NCBI GenBank assembly: GCA_030141605.1
Contig: JAQGDQ010000018.1
Location: 496,001-560,000 of the forward strand
Reading direction: 5' to 3'
From: Tubiluchus corallicola
Taxonomy: Eukaryota; Animalia; Priapulida
Length of the DNA: 64,000 bases
The position numbers and the translations under genes are program-made. Position 1 is the first letter of the stretch, and each line of letters starts with the position of its first letter. The notes under the pieces are model-generated. The model saw only the letters and a program-made list of their open reading frames with translations. It did no database searches and was not told the origin of the DNA. Of this stretch, positions 26,509 to 40,200 are shown in pieces.

Positions 26509-29087
26509 TGAATATCGTTGTACTTGCACGGTTATAGGCTCGAAAAATTACACGAAAATTGAGAAATAATCAAACGTACATGTAGAATTATTTGGTCGTT
26601 GTAAATTTGTCGGTAGTCTTCTACCTGGAGCACTTTGCAACTACAGTAAAAATGCTATTAAATTGTTATTAGTCGTAATGATAATTAGACTCGTCAATTT
26701 TGACTTGAAGAGATCAGGCCCAACCTCTAACACATCTTGCAGATGTCTCACAAACTTATCTTTTGTGTAAATGTTGATCAATGACATGTTTTTGATCATG
26801 TTAGCATCAGCTTTGTCTTTCAAGATAGGACCAATATGCTTAGCAGGTATTAAGGTTGAGTGGTTTTTCAAGCCACTCGATTCGATCTGCTCCAATGAAA
26901 GACATTGTTTAATTCTAACATTATAAATTGGACAATAAAAGGTTTTGGTTTCACAAACGTTTATTTGTATCATTATGACCAAGCACTTTAACATTATAAT
27001 TATAACCACAAGTAGCACAAAGGCACAAAAATCTCAATACAAAGCACAATATAAAGTCAGTTTAGGTGCACCATAATTTTAGTTATAATTGAGCACTACA
27101 GGCCTATAATAGTTAGCCTAATCCGTTAGCCAATGAAGGCTAAAAGAGTCATCCTCCCTGATCAAGTCGAGAGCCTTATATAAACTTTTCCTTCATAAAT
27201 TAGTCTAAATAGCTGGCTTCGTGTAATGCATGCCAGTAAGGTTTGGATCTCGACTATTGCCTAGATACAGACCTATTCTAAGGGCAAATGTATGTTAAAA
27301 CATTGATAGCCGAATTATAAGACTATATTTAGAGGATTTAGAGGAAAATTCATTAAAAATTAGAGAAAATAAAATGCAAGAGAAAATTTAATGGTGGTGG
27401 TATACGTCACATAGAATTAAAATGGCTTCAGGAAATATTTGTGATTTCACGACAGCATACTTATCTATTTACAGCAAAAATCTGTAAATTAACGATGTAC
27501 ACATAGTTCAGGACTACAGAATTTAAAAGTATAATATTGTTTAGTAAAGCTATGTACCACTTTTAAGTTTTTACTAATTGATACATAAGCACAGTTAAAA
27601 TGCAAGTTTTTACATAAACGCCGTTAAACACAAAAGTAAAATAGCAGCACTTCTGGGTGAACTGCAAAGTTTTGCAATGCGTGCTTCAATTTCTGTCCAC
27701 CAGCTTACGCCACTTTTTTAAAATGCCTGAAAAAAAGAAATATTTAAATTTCTTTTTCATTTTTAAGCAAGGCAATTTATGCATTTGTAATTGTGGTAAT
27801 TTCAATATTTGTCATTGCACTTTCAAATCTAACGAATGTTGTTTGAGAATTGTTTTTTACTTTAAATTCGCTTTTTCAACAAATTATTTGTACTTTTGCT
27901 TTCTCCAACCAAGAAAACATTACATTCAGTTCATAACTTGCCCTGAAATATTTAAGTATACACTTTATACTCAAACGTGAAACTGTTCTTTTATGGTAAA
28001 AGTGTATGCTAATTAAGCATATTCTTCATAACTTTGTGAAAAATTATTTTTCTGCTGCGCCTTGTCCCTGCATAGTCGTAGTCGTGGCAATTTTTCAGAT
28101 GCCCTGCTACCTGCTGAGCTTAAAGCGAACTATGCCTAATGCACCAATTTCTAAAATCAACGATGTTGACTCGCTAAATCGTTTTGCATGGGAAGCAATG
28201 AGGAAATTTAGCCAAGCGAGAATTTAAGAAGTTGATGAAAGTTCCGAAAAATCTAATATTTTTTCGTTCGTGTAAATGTATTTGACTTTTGAGGTATGTG
28301 AACTATATTGCCGTTGAAGTGTTTTGCGTACTTATTGAATTAGTCGTTTATGGATTTGAATTTGACTTTGAGCCATTTTGGACATACTTGTCGATCGGTA
28401 GGTTATGTAGGCGTAAATCGCATTTTTGTTGGGTCAGGCCACATCAAATGCAGCTAAAATCGGATGTTCTTTAAATAGGCTTACGAAAAACGCATCGCCG
28501 AATTAGTTTAAGCTTGCATTGCTTAAACTGATGTCTTTCTACAGTACAGGTTACCTTACATGCGAAAATATCACAAAAATAATCACATACTATACTTTTA
28601 ACAGAAAATGCCTGTGCGCTTCTTTTCTTCAGCCGACGAACGACATCATTGGTGGAAAAATTGAGCACACAGACATGAAATGATTGCGACTTTAAAATGA
28701 TTTTACTAAATACACGAGGTGCTTATCACACTTTTATGCTAAATGCTTTTTCAGAAACATTGAAATAAGCCTAACTTCCCAGAAGGCTTGGCCTTCCCTT
28801 TAATCATTCATTACATCCTAATATTCTCGAAAGTCTTTACCTCATTGGGAGAGGATCTCAGCTTAAACTTTGCAGAGTCACCCTTATTCTCAAGTCTTTC
28901 GTGTCAGTGTTGCACAAGTGCAACAATAAATTAATAACTGAAAGTGTCTTTTATGTTTGGTATGTCTGTCATTTATTCTGGACTATAGAGGTGTTGTAGA
29001 CATTACAATGTAGTGTAGATTACCAGTTCATACAACATATCAAAATCAAACAGTGTTTGATTTAAAATTAGGATCCAAATTGGATCC

Positions 29088-29200
29088 GGCCACTGGGGCA
29101 GCAATCCAGCCCTGGTAAATGGGGAGGGTTTTCAGGATACGGCTAGCAACTCACTGGCGTAAAAGACCTGTTATGCTCAAGAAACACATGGTGAACCAAG
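29088..29200 (+). mobile_element. Possible 5' UTR remnant of an RTE-type LINE
   Basis: GC-rich ...cctggtaaatggggagggtt...ggctagcaactcactggcgtaaaa..., resembling stem-loop motifs I recall from RTE 5' UTRs; no downstream ORF. Confidence 0.3.
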
Positions 29201-31259
29201 AAGAAATCAGGGGTTCACCAGCTGACGTATTTATCACAACTTTAAGTCTATTTAATCAAATACTGGATAATACAGAAGTTTCAATAATTAATCAGGCTAG
29301 CCACTTGTTGTAAAGTTTCTCTAATATGATTTAACTCTCATTTCTTATCATCTTCTATTTCTTAAACATTGTAGTTACTTTGTAAACAAAACAAGGAGCT
29401 GTTTGAATTTGGTCAGCTGAACAAGCAACTGAATTTGTGCAAAATGCATTTTTTAAAGTTAATATTATCATGATGTTCACAACAAAATAAGGAAAAATCA
29501 TATGGGAAGTATTTAGATTGCAAATGACTTAAATGGAACATCCCTGTTTATAACTTTCACTGTATAGATACCTAGGCTTATGCTTACACTAGTCATAGAA
29601 ATCGTGGGGAGATTACCTGTTAACAAGCGTATTTACATTGGAATTCGAGATTTAATTCCAACCAAAATAAAGCTAGTAAGGTTTTGTAAAATGATTTGGT
29701 TTTATATTATGTCACAGAAATATACTAGTATAGCTGTCTGTTAAACTTATGTGCATTATAACTACTGGTTAAAGACATGCAGAGGCTAAAAGGCATGCAG
29801 CTAAGATTGTTTTTCAATGTAATACTTATAAATTTCAAATATAGCTACAAACGTAAATGAAAACAATTTTTAACAAGTTGCTAGAATAAAGTTTAGATCA
29901 ATTATATTGGTGTATATAAAAACCATTGAATTCTGAAGTACATTGTAGAAAGTCCATACAATAAAATTGTTCAGCTAATAGCTAATAGAACAGAAAACTG
30001 CCAGTAATTTAAATAGCACAGAACTTTAAATTTTCAAGTTATTACTTGATTCTTGAACTGAGTTATTTAATCGCAGTTTAATCTACTGATGTAAATCGAA
30101 CAACCCTGTTTTTATCATTTTCATTGTACAAATGCTTATTCTTACACTATTCATAAAAGTTGTGGAGATATTACATATAATTGTTTTCATGCATGTTTAT
30201 ATCTGAATTTAAGCCAAAGTCGTCTAAACTGCTGGCCCGATAAAACTGACATGTTAGATATCTACAAGTTAAAAACAAATTTAGAGACCATAAGACATGC
30301 AGTTAAGGTTGTTTTTTAATGTAATACAGGCTAATTTCTGATACTGCAGACAAAATTTAAAAAATAATGTCGTTATAAACCTACTGTTGAAAGTAAACAT
30401 TTGCGTGGTGAGTAGAAAAGAAAATTCTTAGTAATTTAAATATCATAGGATTTTAATTTTTATCACCATTTGCTGTTCAGTGAGATTAATGTGTAGGCAG
30501 TGTCAAATCTGAGAACATATTTTTGAAGTGATATGAAACACTAATCCTGTTCTTTAAACTACTGTTTTTATAAATTTTGATCGTGTCTAACTACATTGTG
30601 TTAATTTTCATTTACTCATCTGCAAAACTGTTGGGAGAGAAATGGTGCATTTTTGAATTTACAAGCTCTTTATTTCTCTACTGGAAATTAATACTTAGAG
30701 AAAGACAGCCTTAGTAACTCTGTTATTCATAATTGATGTTAATGGGATTATACCTTGATGAATTAATACAATCTCGTTGTTTTTATTTTGTGCCAGTATC
30801 TGCTATGCACTTATGCAGACAACCTTAACTCAGCCTTATGGTGCATGGTGCATATAATCAGTATATATAATATATTACTTGCTTATGTACATTTTCAAGC
30901 CAGCACACTTATTACACCTGGCTTTTGTTTGATAATGGACACATTTTATGTCAGCTGCTGTTTGCAATATTAACTGTTTACTCTCAGTCAGATGTCCCAA
31001 CTGTCAATTTTGTCTGTTATCTATATTGTGTGGTGCAATAGAATGCAATCTGCAAAAAATGTCTATAAACATGGTATTAAATTCATAGGTGCAATAAAAA
31101 TAATTAGGTGACTGGTTTTTACAGAACTTACAATAGTTTTGAATTATTTTTCAGAAAAAACGATACATATACCTAGGAAGTGCTATAATTGCACATGATG
31201 ATGTGTAAGATTATGTGCAGGAGCATGTAAATTTTTGTCAGCCTGTATGAAACCCAGTC

Positions 31260-34200
31260 ATGGCAGCAACAAAAAGAGCTTGGAAACTACGTATGTACAG
31301 AATATACTATTGTATTTCTAGATACAATTTCAATAATTTTATTATGATTATGTTTATGTCATTACATGAATAACTGCATCTATACACAGGTTTTGCAATA
31401 AATTTGGCCTGCTGCCTTCAGAATAGTGCTGCTGGTCATTATTGTGTGCACTATGCACTATTGCCCTCAAGCTGTTGCATTATTTGCATACTATTCTAAA
31501 GCTGCAATGTGCAGAAGAAATATACAACAGAGATTGCTTATTTTTGTTTTTTTAACTATTTCAAAAGAATTAGAAAAATGATACCCATGAAGTGCTAGAA
31601 TGGCACAATAATAATGTTTAACAATATATGCAACGTCACATTAACCTTTGTTGCTCTATGTGAAATGCAGTCATTGTAGCAACATTTGTGTTTTCTAAAA
31701 ATTTTATTTTTTAAGTATTTTTAGTTAAATGCTAAAAACATACTTTCAGGAATATTATTTTTGCTTTCGTGTTATGGCAAAAGTAAGGGAAGACGTATTA
31801 AGATATTTTTGAACACAAAACATGTAAAAAACATTATTAAATGTTACCCTATTGTGCTTATGGATTCCATTTCATTATTTGTATACTATTTGTATTTGTT
31901 AAATCATCATATGTATTAAATATTACAGAAGAATTTGTTGCTCATGCTGGCAATGTAAACTGTTTGGCTCTTGGCCATAAATCTGGCCGGGTTATTGTCA
32001 CTGGCGGAGATGACAAGAAGGTCAATCTGTGGCTTGTTGGGAAGCCTACTTGCATCATGGTAATGATTGTAAAGACTGTTATGTCTAAATAATAATCCAC
32101 TAATGTGCTTGTAATTTATACTATACTGTTTATACTTATCAGAAATGCATATTAGCAATAAGAGAGTTAAGCTAGCTTGTCTTCTACCAATTTACCATTG
32201 GAACGTGCTGACATGCAACAAAGGAATGAATTTTTTATTGATTTTGCTTTACATTCGAAGCCTTCTCAAAAAGGTTGTACCGCAATGTGCTTTTAACTTG
32301 CTTTAACAACATGCAGGCATTCACCTCGTAGGTGCATTAATCAAACGTGAATAATCATAGGTGCTGTAGTCTATTAATTTTAACTTGCCTTATTGAATTT
32401 TGTGTCATATTGTCATTCTATGTCAATACTTAATTAATAAATTTGCTATTAGTCCATAAATTCCGTCTATGCTATATATCAAATGAATGATGCTTTTCTA
32501 TGTTAGTTATTTCACAGCATCTTTGTCTAATTTACATAAAAACAGGTTGTAAAGAAATTACTGAATTTAAAAACACAAAAACACCATGTTCGTAACAATA
32601 CTTTTTTATTTTTTTTTGTTTTTATTTTTCTCTGTTTGTTTTTCAGAGCCTTTCTGGTCACACTACACCAGTTGAAGCTGTTCGCTTTGGTGGGACAGAA
32701 GACAGCATGGTTATTGCAGGTTCTATGTCAGGTGCACTAAAGATATGGGATCTCGAAGCAGCCAAAAGTAAAAAAATATTGTATTGTGTAACTTGTGGCA
32801 AAGCCTGTTTTATTACGTTCAAGTACATGTAATTTGATTCTCCTTTAGTTATGCTTATTCGTAGATCCACTAAAGATGTCTAAAATTTACTGTTGCACTT
32901 GAATGTTAGGCATAAACCCATCCTCTATGAATAAACTAAAATGAATACTGTAAACTTTCTTATAATCTATTGCTATCCGTAATATTTTTTGTTTCAATAG
33001 GTGTAGGACTTATAGTATGAAATTATTGATTTATTCTTTTGGGACATTAAATGTAAACAAATTGAGTTTAGACTGGTAAATTTTGGTAGTTTTCTTCTTT
33101 CATTGTCTGGTAACTGTGTAAACTATAAACCTATTGCTTATAAATCCTTTACTTCCTGTAAGTAGTGCAGAAATCAAATTAGAGATTTTTAATTTTGTAA
33201 TCAATATTTTGAGTTCTTACATGTCTTCAGATATTCCTGTATAAGGAAGTGCTTTTATTGACATTTTATATAGTCGTGCGAACGTTGACAGGCCACAAGG
33301 CTAATATAAGAAGCCTGGATTTTCATCCGTTTGGCCACTTTATAGCATCAGGTTCAATGGATACAAATGTGAAACTGTGGGACATTAGACGGAAAGGTTG
33401 CATATTTACATATAAGGTAAAGTCATCATTGTCTTGCCACCAGTACCATTACTGCTTCGTCTGTAGAAGAAATTCATTGCATCTAACTCTGGTGGTGATT
33501 TATGCCTTCATTGTGATTTATTGATCTAGCCATTAAAACTATTAAGTATGCACAACATGTTGAGACCATAGTATATTGATTTCTGGTTTCTTTCATAATA
33601 GCTATAACGGTTATGCTCGCATTTTTATTCTGACCTCACATTTAATATTATTTTGTATTACTTTCAATATTCGTCATCATGAAGGAGTTGAACAGTATTT
33701 GATTACAGTGTTTTGCATTTATTGCAGGGCCATTCTGATACTGTTCGATGTTTAAGATTCAGTCCTGATGGTAGGTGGCTTGCATCAGCAGCTGATGACA
33801 GTCTAGTTAAGGTATTATTTAGCTTTGTTTACACATTGTAATTTAGGTTGCACAGTGTCATATGTTGATGTGATCTTAAATAACATTTTTCTGTATCCTA
33901 GATATGGGATTTAAGTGCTGGCAAGCTATTGACGGAATTCAGGGAACATTCTGGGTCAGTAAGTGGTGTAGAATTTCATCCAAACGAATTTCTTCTAGCA
34001 TCTGGCAGTGCAGACAGGTTAGAGTCATTTCGTACTATTAAATTTCTCTAAGCAGATTTTTCAAACTGTATGATTAGCGTACTTGTTGAGATTTGTGTGG
34101 TACAAGTGACCATATTTTTTATTTTCAGAACTGTGAAGTTTTGGGACTTAGAAACATTTAAATGTGTTAGCTCCAGTGATGGTGATTCAGGGCAAATTAG

Positions 34201-37200
34201 GTAAGCCTTTGCATTTTAATTTTTAGTATTTTATTTTTATCTGATTATTTTTAATGGAAAGTTGGTAAACATAAGGTAAACAAAGTTGGAATACTAAATG
34301 TGTTTATACTTTTAATCCAAAAAACACCAAATGTAGTGCAATTACACACAAAACAAAGCAAAACAAAAGTTAAGGAAATAGTTGTGCGGCACAAATATTA
34401 CCTTTTGAGTACCTGCTTTTCAATGCCCAATACACTTCATTTTAAAACTAATGAACTGTATGACTGTTAGACAACCTAGGCATTCTTTACTATTCAAGAG
34501 GCTGTTTATGTTTTTTTCAGAAACTATTTGTGACTGTATGTTACTATAGCAATCCAATTCTGCTATAAAATGTCAACAACTGTTTTATGAAATTGTAACT
34601 GTTCTAAAACTGTCCGCGGATTTTGTTCCACTCGTTTTCTAGGATTCAGTTTGTTGGTGCTTGACGTATTTTATAATGCAGTTGACTTTCTTTAAATATA
34701 ATTCTACTGGAGAGTTATTCACTGCAGGTGTATGCTTTATCTCATATCTCTTGTTCTCTGTGCAATTCTTTATTTAACACTGTAATTATAGAGTTTAAAA
34801 CTGAAATTTCTGTAAATCTGAGAATTTGGTTAGCTTAAAATGGGTCATTTTTGGCTTTGATTTGTTTTGTAGAACCTTATCCTTCAACTCTGATGGTACT
34901 GCAATATTTGCAAGTTGTGTTGATGTGTTGAAAATTTATGGCTGGGAGCCTTCACGGTGCTATGATTCGATTGCCTTAGGTTGGGGCAAAGTAGCAGATA
35001 CTGCAATTGCTCAGAACCAATTAGTAAGTATCCTTAATTACTACACACTGATGGCAATTTCTGATGGAAATGATGCAAGTGTAGCATAAACACGTCTTTT
35101 TCCTTGACTGTATAAGGCCATGTAATATATTGGTAAATTGCTTGTTTTTCTTTGTAACATGTAGTCTAGCTAACATTATCATTAAGATACATTAGGTGCC
35201 ACTTAATAGACTCACTTTGGGACCGACATATATTGACCCAATTAACCGATTGAACCTATTAACTGAGGTGTGAATCACAGCTTACTATGCACTACAAATT
35301 TTTTAATGAATTTTAGAAACAAAGTAATGCCTAAATTCCTTTGTGCAGTTAAAAATTAGAAAAAAACTATTTTATCATATTAATTTATATAAGTGAATTA
35401 GCAATTTACTGTAAACTAAACAGTAAATTAAAAAGCATACTTTTCTAAATCACACAAGTCTGTTTATTTGCAAAAATTACAAAAATTCTTTCAAAGTCGG
35501 CTGCATTTCTCTTCTATAGTATGCCTTCAGTGTTCGAATAATGCCTTGATCAAAGGGTTGCATAAGTGATGTGGTGTTTGCAGGCAAAAACGCAACTTCA
35601 ATGTGTTTCAATGATGTACTGACTACATGGGCAGTGCTGTTGTCTACCAGTAAAACGATTTTTTTTAAAGCTTTCATCCCTTTTCACTAACCATTCATTA
35701 AACACTACACCGTCATCCAAGCATTCGAGTTTTCATGGTAATCTACTGGTAACGTTGCAACACCTTTAAAACGCCGGGGATTCTTGCTTTTACCAATCAC
35801 TAGCAGTTTTTCCTTTTTTCCTGACATACTTTGACATGCTTACACAGCATAGCGCTGTCACACGTTGTTTTGAAATCTTACACCCCTTTGCATTCTCGTT
35901 CCCAAATAAGTAGGTGCGCTCAGGCAAAGCTGTAAAATAAAGTCCAGTTTCATCCGCATTGTAAATGTTGTTGGGTGAATACTCTGCAATAATTTTTTGC
36001 CACTTTTTCTATCCAATTTTCAGCAGCTGGAACATCGGCATCCTTTTCCTCACCATGGGTACATTTGTACATGTTTTCACGCTTTCTCCATCGCTAAAAC
36101 CACCCCTCTGTTGCAACCAAGTCTTCCTTTCCCATTTTCTTCGCCAAAACTTCTGCTTTCTGTCGCATTAAAGGAAGTTCGCTCGAGCATCTTTTTGTCT
36201 TGCATTTGTAAACCACACTTTTAACGCTAGCTCCACTTCACAGTATTTCCTGTGCGTCACCTCTTAGATGCTAGGTTCTCATTTTGGCTTGCTGACTGCT
36301 CAATTTCAGATCGTTTTTCAATATTCTGCCGAGAGTACTTTGGGAAATTTTCAATTGCGCTGCTGCACACCACTGTCCCATCCTTGGAAGTTTATCATAC
36401 TGCTCTAAAATTTTCAACTTCTCCTTAACTGTCAGGTCTTTACGCTTATGCTCCACGCTTAATTGCAGAAGGCGAGTGAGCAACAGATTCAAAGCAAAAC
36501 CGCTACGCTAGCATATTAGCACATGATAAACGTACCTGCTTACAAACAGTTCGGTACTTAACATGATTGTTTCTACATACATGTGCACAAAAGGGAAGTA
36601 AAGATGACATAAAAGTAGGAAAGGCTCTTTGGGCACATACAAATATCTTATTTTAAGTACGTGAAGGAAAAATATTGAGTCAATTATGCGGAGTTATTTG
36701 AGTCAATTATCGATAGTTTTTATGTATGTTTGAATAGAAATAGCCGGTTCCAGGCGTTTTTGAGTAAATTAAGCGACTGAGTTTATTTACCATGAGTCTA
36801 TTAAGCGGCGCCTACTGTATAATCTTAAGTTAAGAAAAGAAGCACATACACATGTTTCTGTATAATTACATTATAAATATAATTATAATGTTCAGGTAAT
36901 TATTCAATTAAAAAGAAAGAAAGCATTTATCGATTTATCAAATGTTATTTAGAAACCCGCTTGAAAGGAATATCTTCATTGGAAACCAGATTAATTTGAT
37001 ATTAAGAGGAATCGTGCTATTTGCAGGCAACGCAGATAAAACATAAACTCATTCAGCTCAGTACATGGCCAGTTTCAAGTAACATGTAGTTCACATATCA
37101 GTAGCAAGAGAGAAAGGCTTTTTATTTGCGTTAATATCTAGTTACCTCTAACGCAGTAATTTTGGGCAAATGAACACAACATTATACCTTTTCCTACAGT

Positions 37201-40200
37201 GTTTTTTATCTTGAATGGAGCAAATAATATGAAAAGCTACAATAAACTTAATTTGTATATAGTTCATTAGTGAAATGCAATTGATCTTATTTATTGAAGA
37301 GCATTGTTTTTCTTCATTTCAGATCGGTGCCTCTTTTAATCAAACAAATGTTATGGTATATGTTGTGGATCTAAAGGTATTATTCACACAGGTTAATAGT
37401 AGTACGTTTTCGTCACTTTAATTAGCTACTGTAGTTGCATGATTGATATAATTTGTTGCTTTTCCCGACTAATATTATTCTCATTTTTACTTCAATGATG
37501 TTAATTTTGTCATTGTCAAATTCAGAGTTCTATAAAATGAATTGCTGAAATATGGAATATGAGTACTGAAAATGGTGTTTTATACAACTTATGTTACTAT
37601 TACAGAGATGCTATCCAATAACACAGAATCAACCGTCCACAGTTTCAACTACAAATGATTCAAATGTGAAAGTGCCAGTAGCCGTCTCTGTGAGTTCCAG
37701 TGAACCGGTGCCTATACCACACCATAGAAAACATTATAGTGAGCGACCGCCTACGCATAGTTCTAGCAAAAAGTATAAATCTTTTTTAAGTTTAAGCCTT
37801 TATAAGTTAGTTATAGTGCACAAAAGGATGACTGTTGATTGGAATATACCAACAAACTGTAGTTTATATATCTCTGATTTTCGCCTTTTACAAAGAATTG
37901 TACTTGCGTAGATATTTCAGAATTTAGAAATGTTCTAAGCTCTTTTCAAACTGTAAAATGCATTTGGCAATACCATTTATATGTTGTTTGTAGTGTAATA
38001 TTCAACAACTGCAGCATATATGAACATACACCTGTATGAGTGTAAACAAAAACAGTTTACGTATTTGTTTGCTTATGGTTTTATTTCAAAAATATTTGAT
38101 ATTTTGAATACTTTGTTCTATAGTGATGTGAAGACTGATCCCGAAGAAGACTCTTCAGCAGCAGTAACTGACGGCGATGAGGATGATAAAGATGTCCAGC
38201 TTACTATCTCTGATGATTATAGAGATGTTTTTCAGCCAAGAACAAACACCTGTATGTTTTCATTTCATACTTGTCTTACAGTAGGCCATACACAAAGAGC
38301 ATTAGGATAATCTCTTTATAGTGCTCTTGTAATAATTATTAGTTATCTTCATATTTGTGTAAAACCTATTTTGCCCAATCGTAACACAAAACATAGTTTC
38401 ATGGAAATATCATTTATCATAAATTTATTTTATGACCTATGCAGCTTATTGCAGAGTAGAAACTTTTTGCTTTTCATCTGATGAATTTTTGTGCTGTTAA
38501 ATGTTGTTATTATATACGCCTTGTAGTACTGGCTAAATGCATCAATCATGTGAAGAAAACAAATAAAACTGCCTTGTTTAAAAGTTTCATCAACATGTTT
38601 TTTTTGTTGCAGTAAGTCGTACTCCACCGAAGCCTGTTGAACCGTTTGTAGCCCCACCAGAAGATATTCCAGGTATATGATCAATCAATAAATCACAAAC
38701 AAATATTGATTCCTTCCATTAGGATTATAAGAAAAGTCTTGGGATGAAGATTGTCATTCAAACATTTTTATTATACCTCTGAAACTGCTAGCAGCCTATG
38801 TGGACCAAAGGATCGGGGAAAGGTCACCCAATGTTCACTTCTGTTCATTGAACTTGGGTTTATAACCCTTTGGAAAAAATTTTTTCTTTTTTGTTTGTAA
38901 TTATAAATTACTTAGTGCAGAAAATTTACAGAAGGTGCAATAAATACAAACCAACTACTGTTTCCTTACTGCCATTTGTAGCTTATACTCAAAATTACAT
39001 GACTTGTAAAAAATGAATGAATCTTACCCATGGTAAATATGTGCATAACAAACAAAGATATCTTTCAGTTTTTGCAATTTGTTAACAAGAAAAGATATGT
39101 TTCACTTTTTTACCTTGAAATTTTCTTTCGCATCCGTAAAAATCAAATTAAACAAAGAGTGTTAGATCCTTGAATAAATTTATTGTATCACTGTCAAGTT
39201 CGTAAAGATTATATAGCTGTCTACAAGTGCTACTTTCTGCCAGAAAGCAGTTCCTTAGTTTATTCATTCGCAGAAAAGCACATTAAGAGACTAATAATTA
39301 TTGATAGTGTAGTAGTAACATTTGGAGTGTGTTAGCTGAACAGAATTTAAAAAAAAACAAGCAGAAGAAGAATGTCCAATTCAGCAGTATCAACACAAAC
39401 TGTCAGATATGGGACATTTGCCACTGCTCGTGGGCATTTTGAATAATGTGTCATCATTAAATTAAGCAATTATCCAAATAGGAATTGTCAGATTAAATAT
39501 GCTTCATGCTATTCATTTTATTTCAGGCCTTATTTATGATTATAAGTTTTCTCCGCCCGGACTTGTATTGGCTGATTTTAAACGATATTATGCACGCCCC
39601 GGTAATAATTTCATTGAGTTGTAGTACGTATGGCATCTGATTTGACAGCTACCAAGTTATTCATAATCAGCTATTAGGGAACACAGTAATTTATTCTCTT
39701 GTAAGGCTTCTAATGATGTTTCTCGTGACAGCATGCTGATACTTTGTACCGGAAGCTTTATATATTTTCCAAACGAAATAGTTAGTCCACATTTAGATGT
39801 TTGTAACTAACTGAATAATTTAAATTTTTTGAACACCAGCAACACCTTGTGCTTGGAATACCCGATTATGACATTTTATTTTTTAGTTTTGCGAAAGTTA
39901 GAGTGCACTGATCTAGGTAGCTGAAACAGTTGTCAATTGTGAATAACTGAAATTTAATTGACGGAATTAAAATTATTCTACGAGAAGTAAACATAACAGA
40001 ACCAAATATGCTGGCCATTTTATTTCTCGCGTATGTTTTATTAATGTCACTGTTAAAACTGCCTACAATATATGCGTGTAAATCTCACGAAGTTATTTTG
40101 ATTTTTTTTTTTGGCGGGGGTTAGGCTGTTTAATTTATAGCTGATTTGCTGATAGTAATGGTAACAGTCAAATCACTGATGTTTAGTACTGTGTTTTCTG

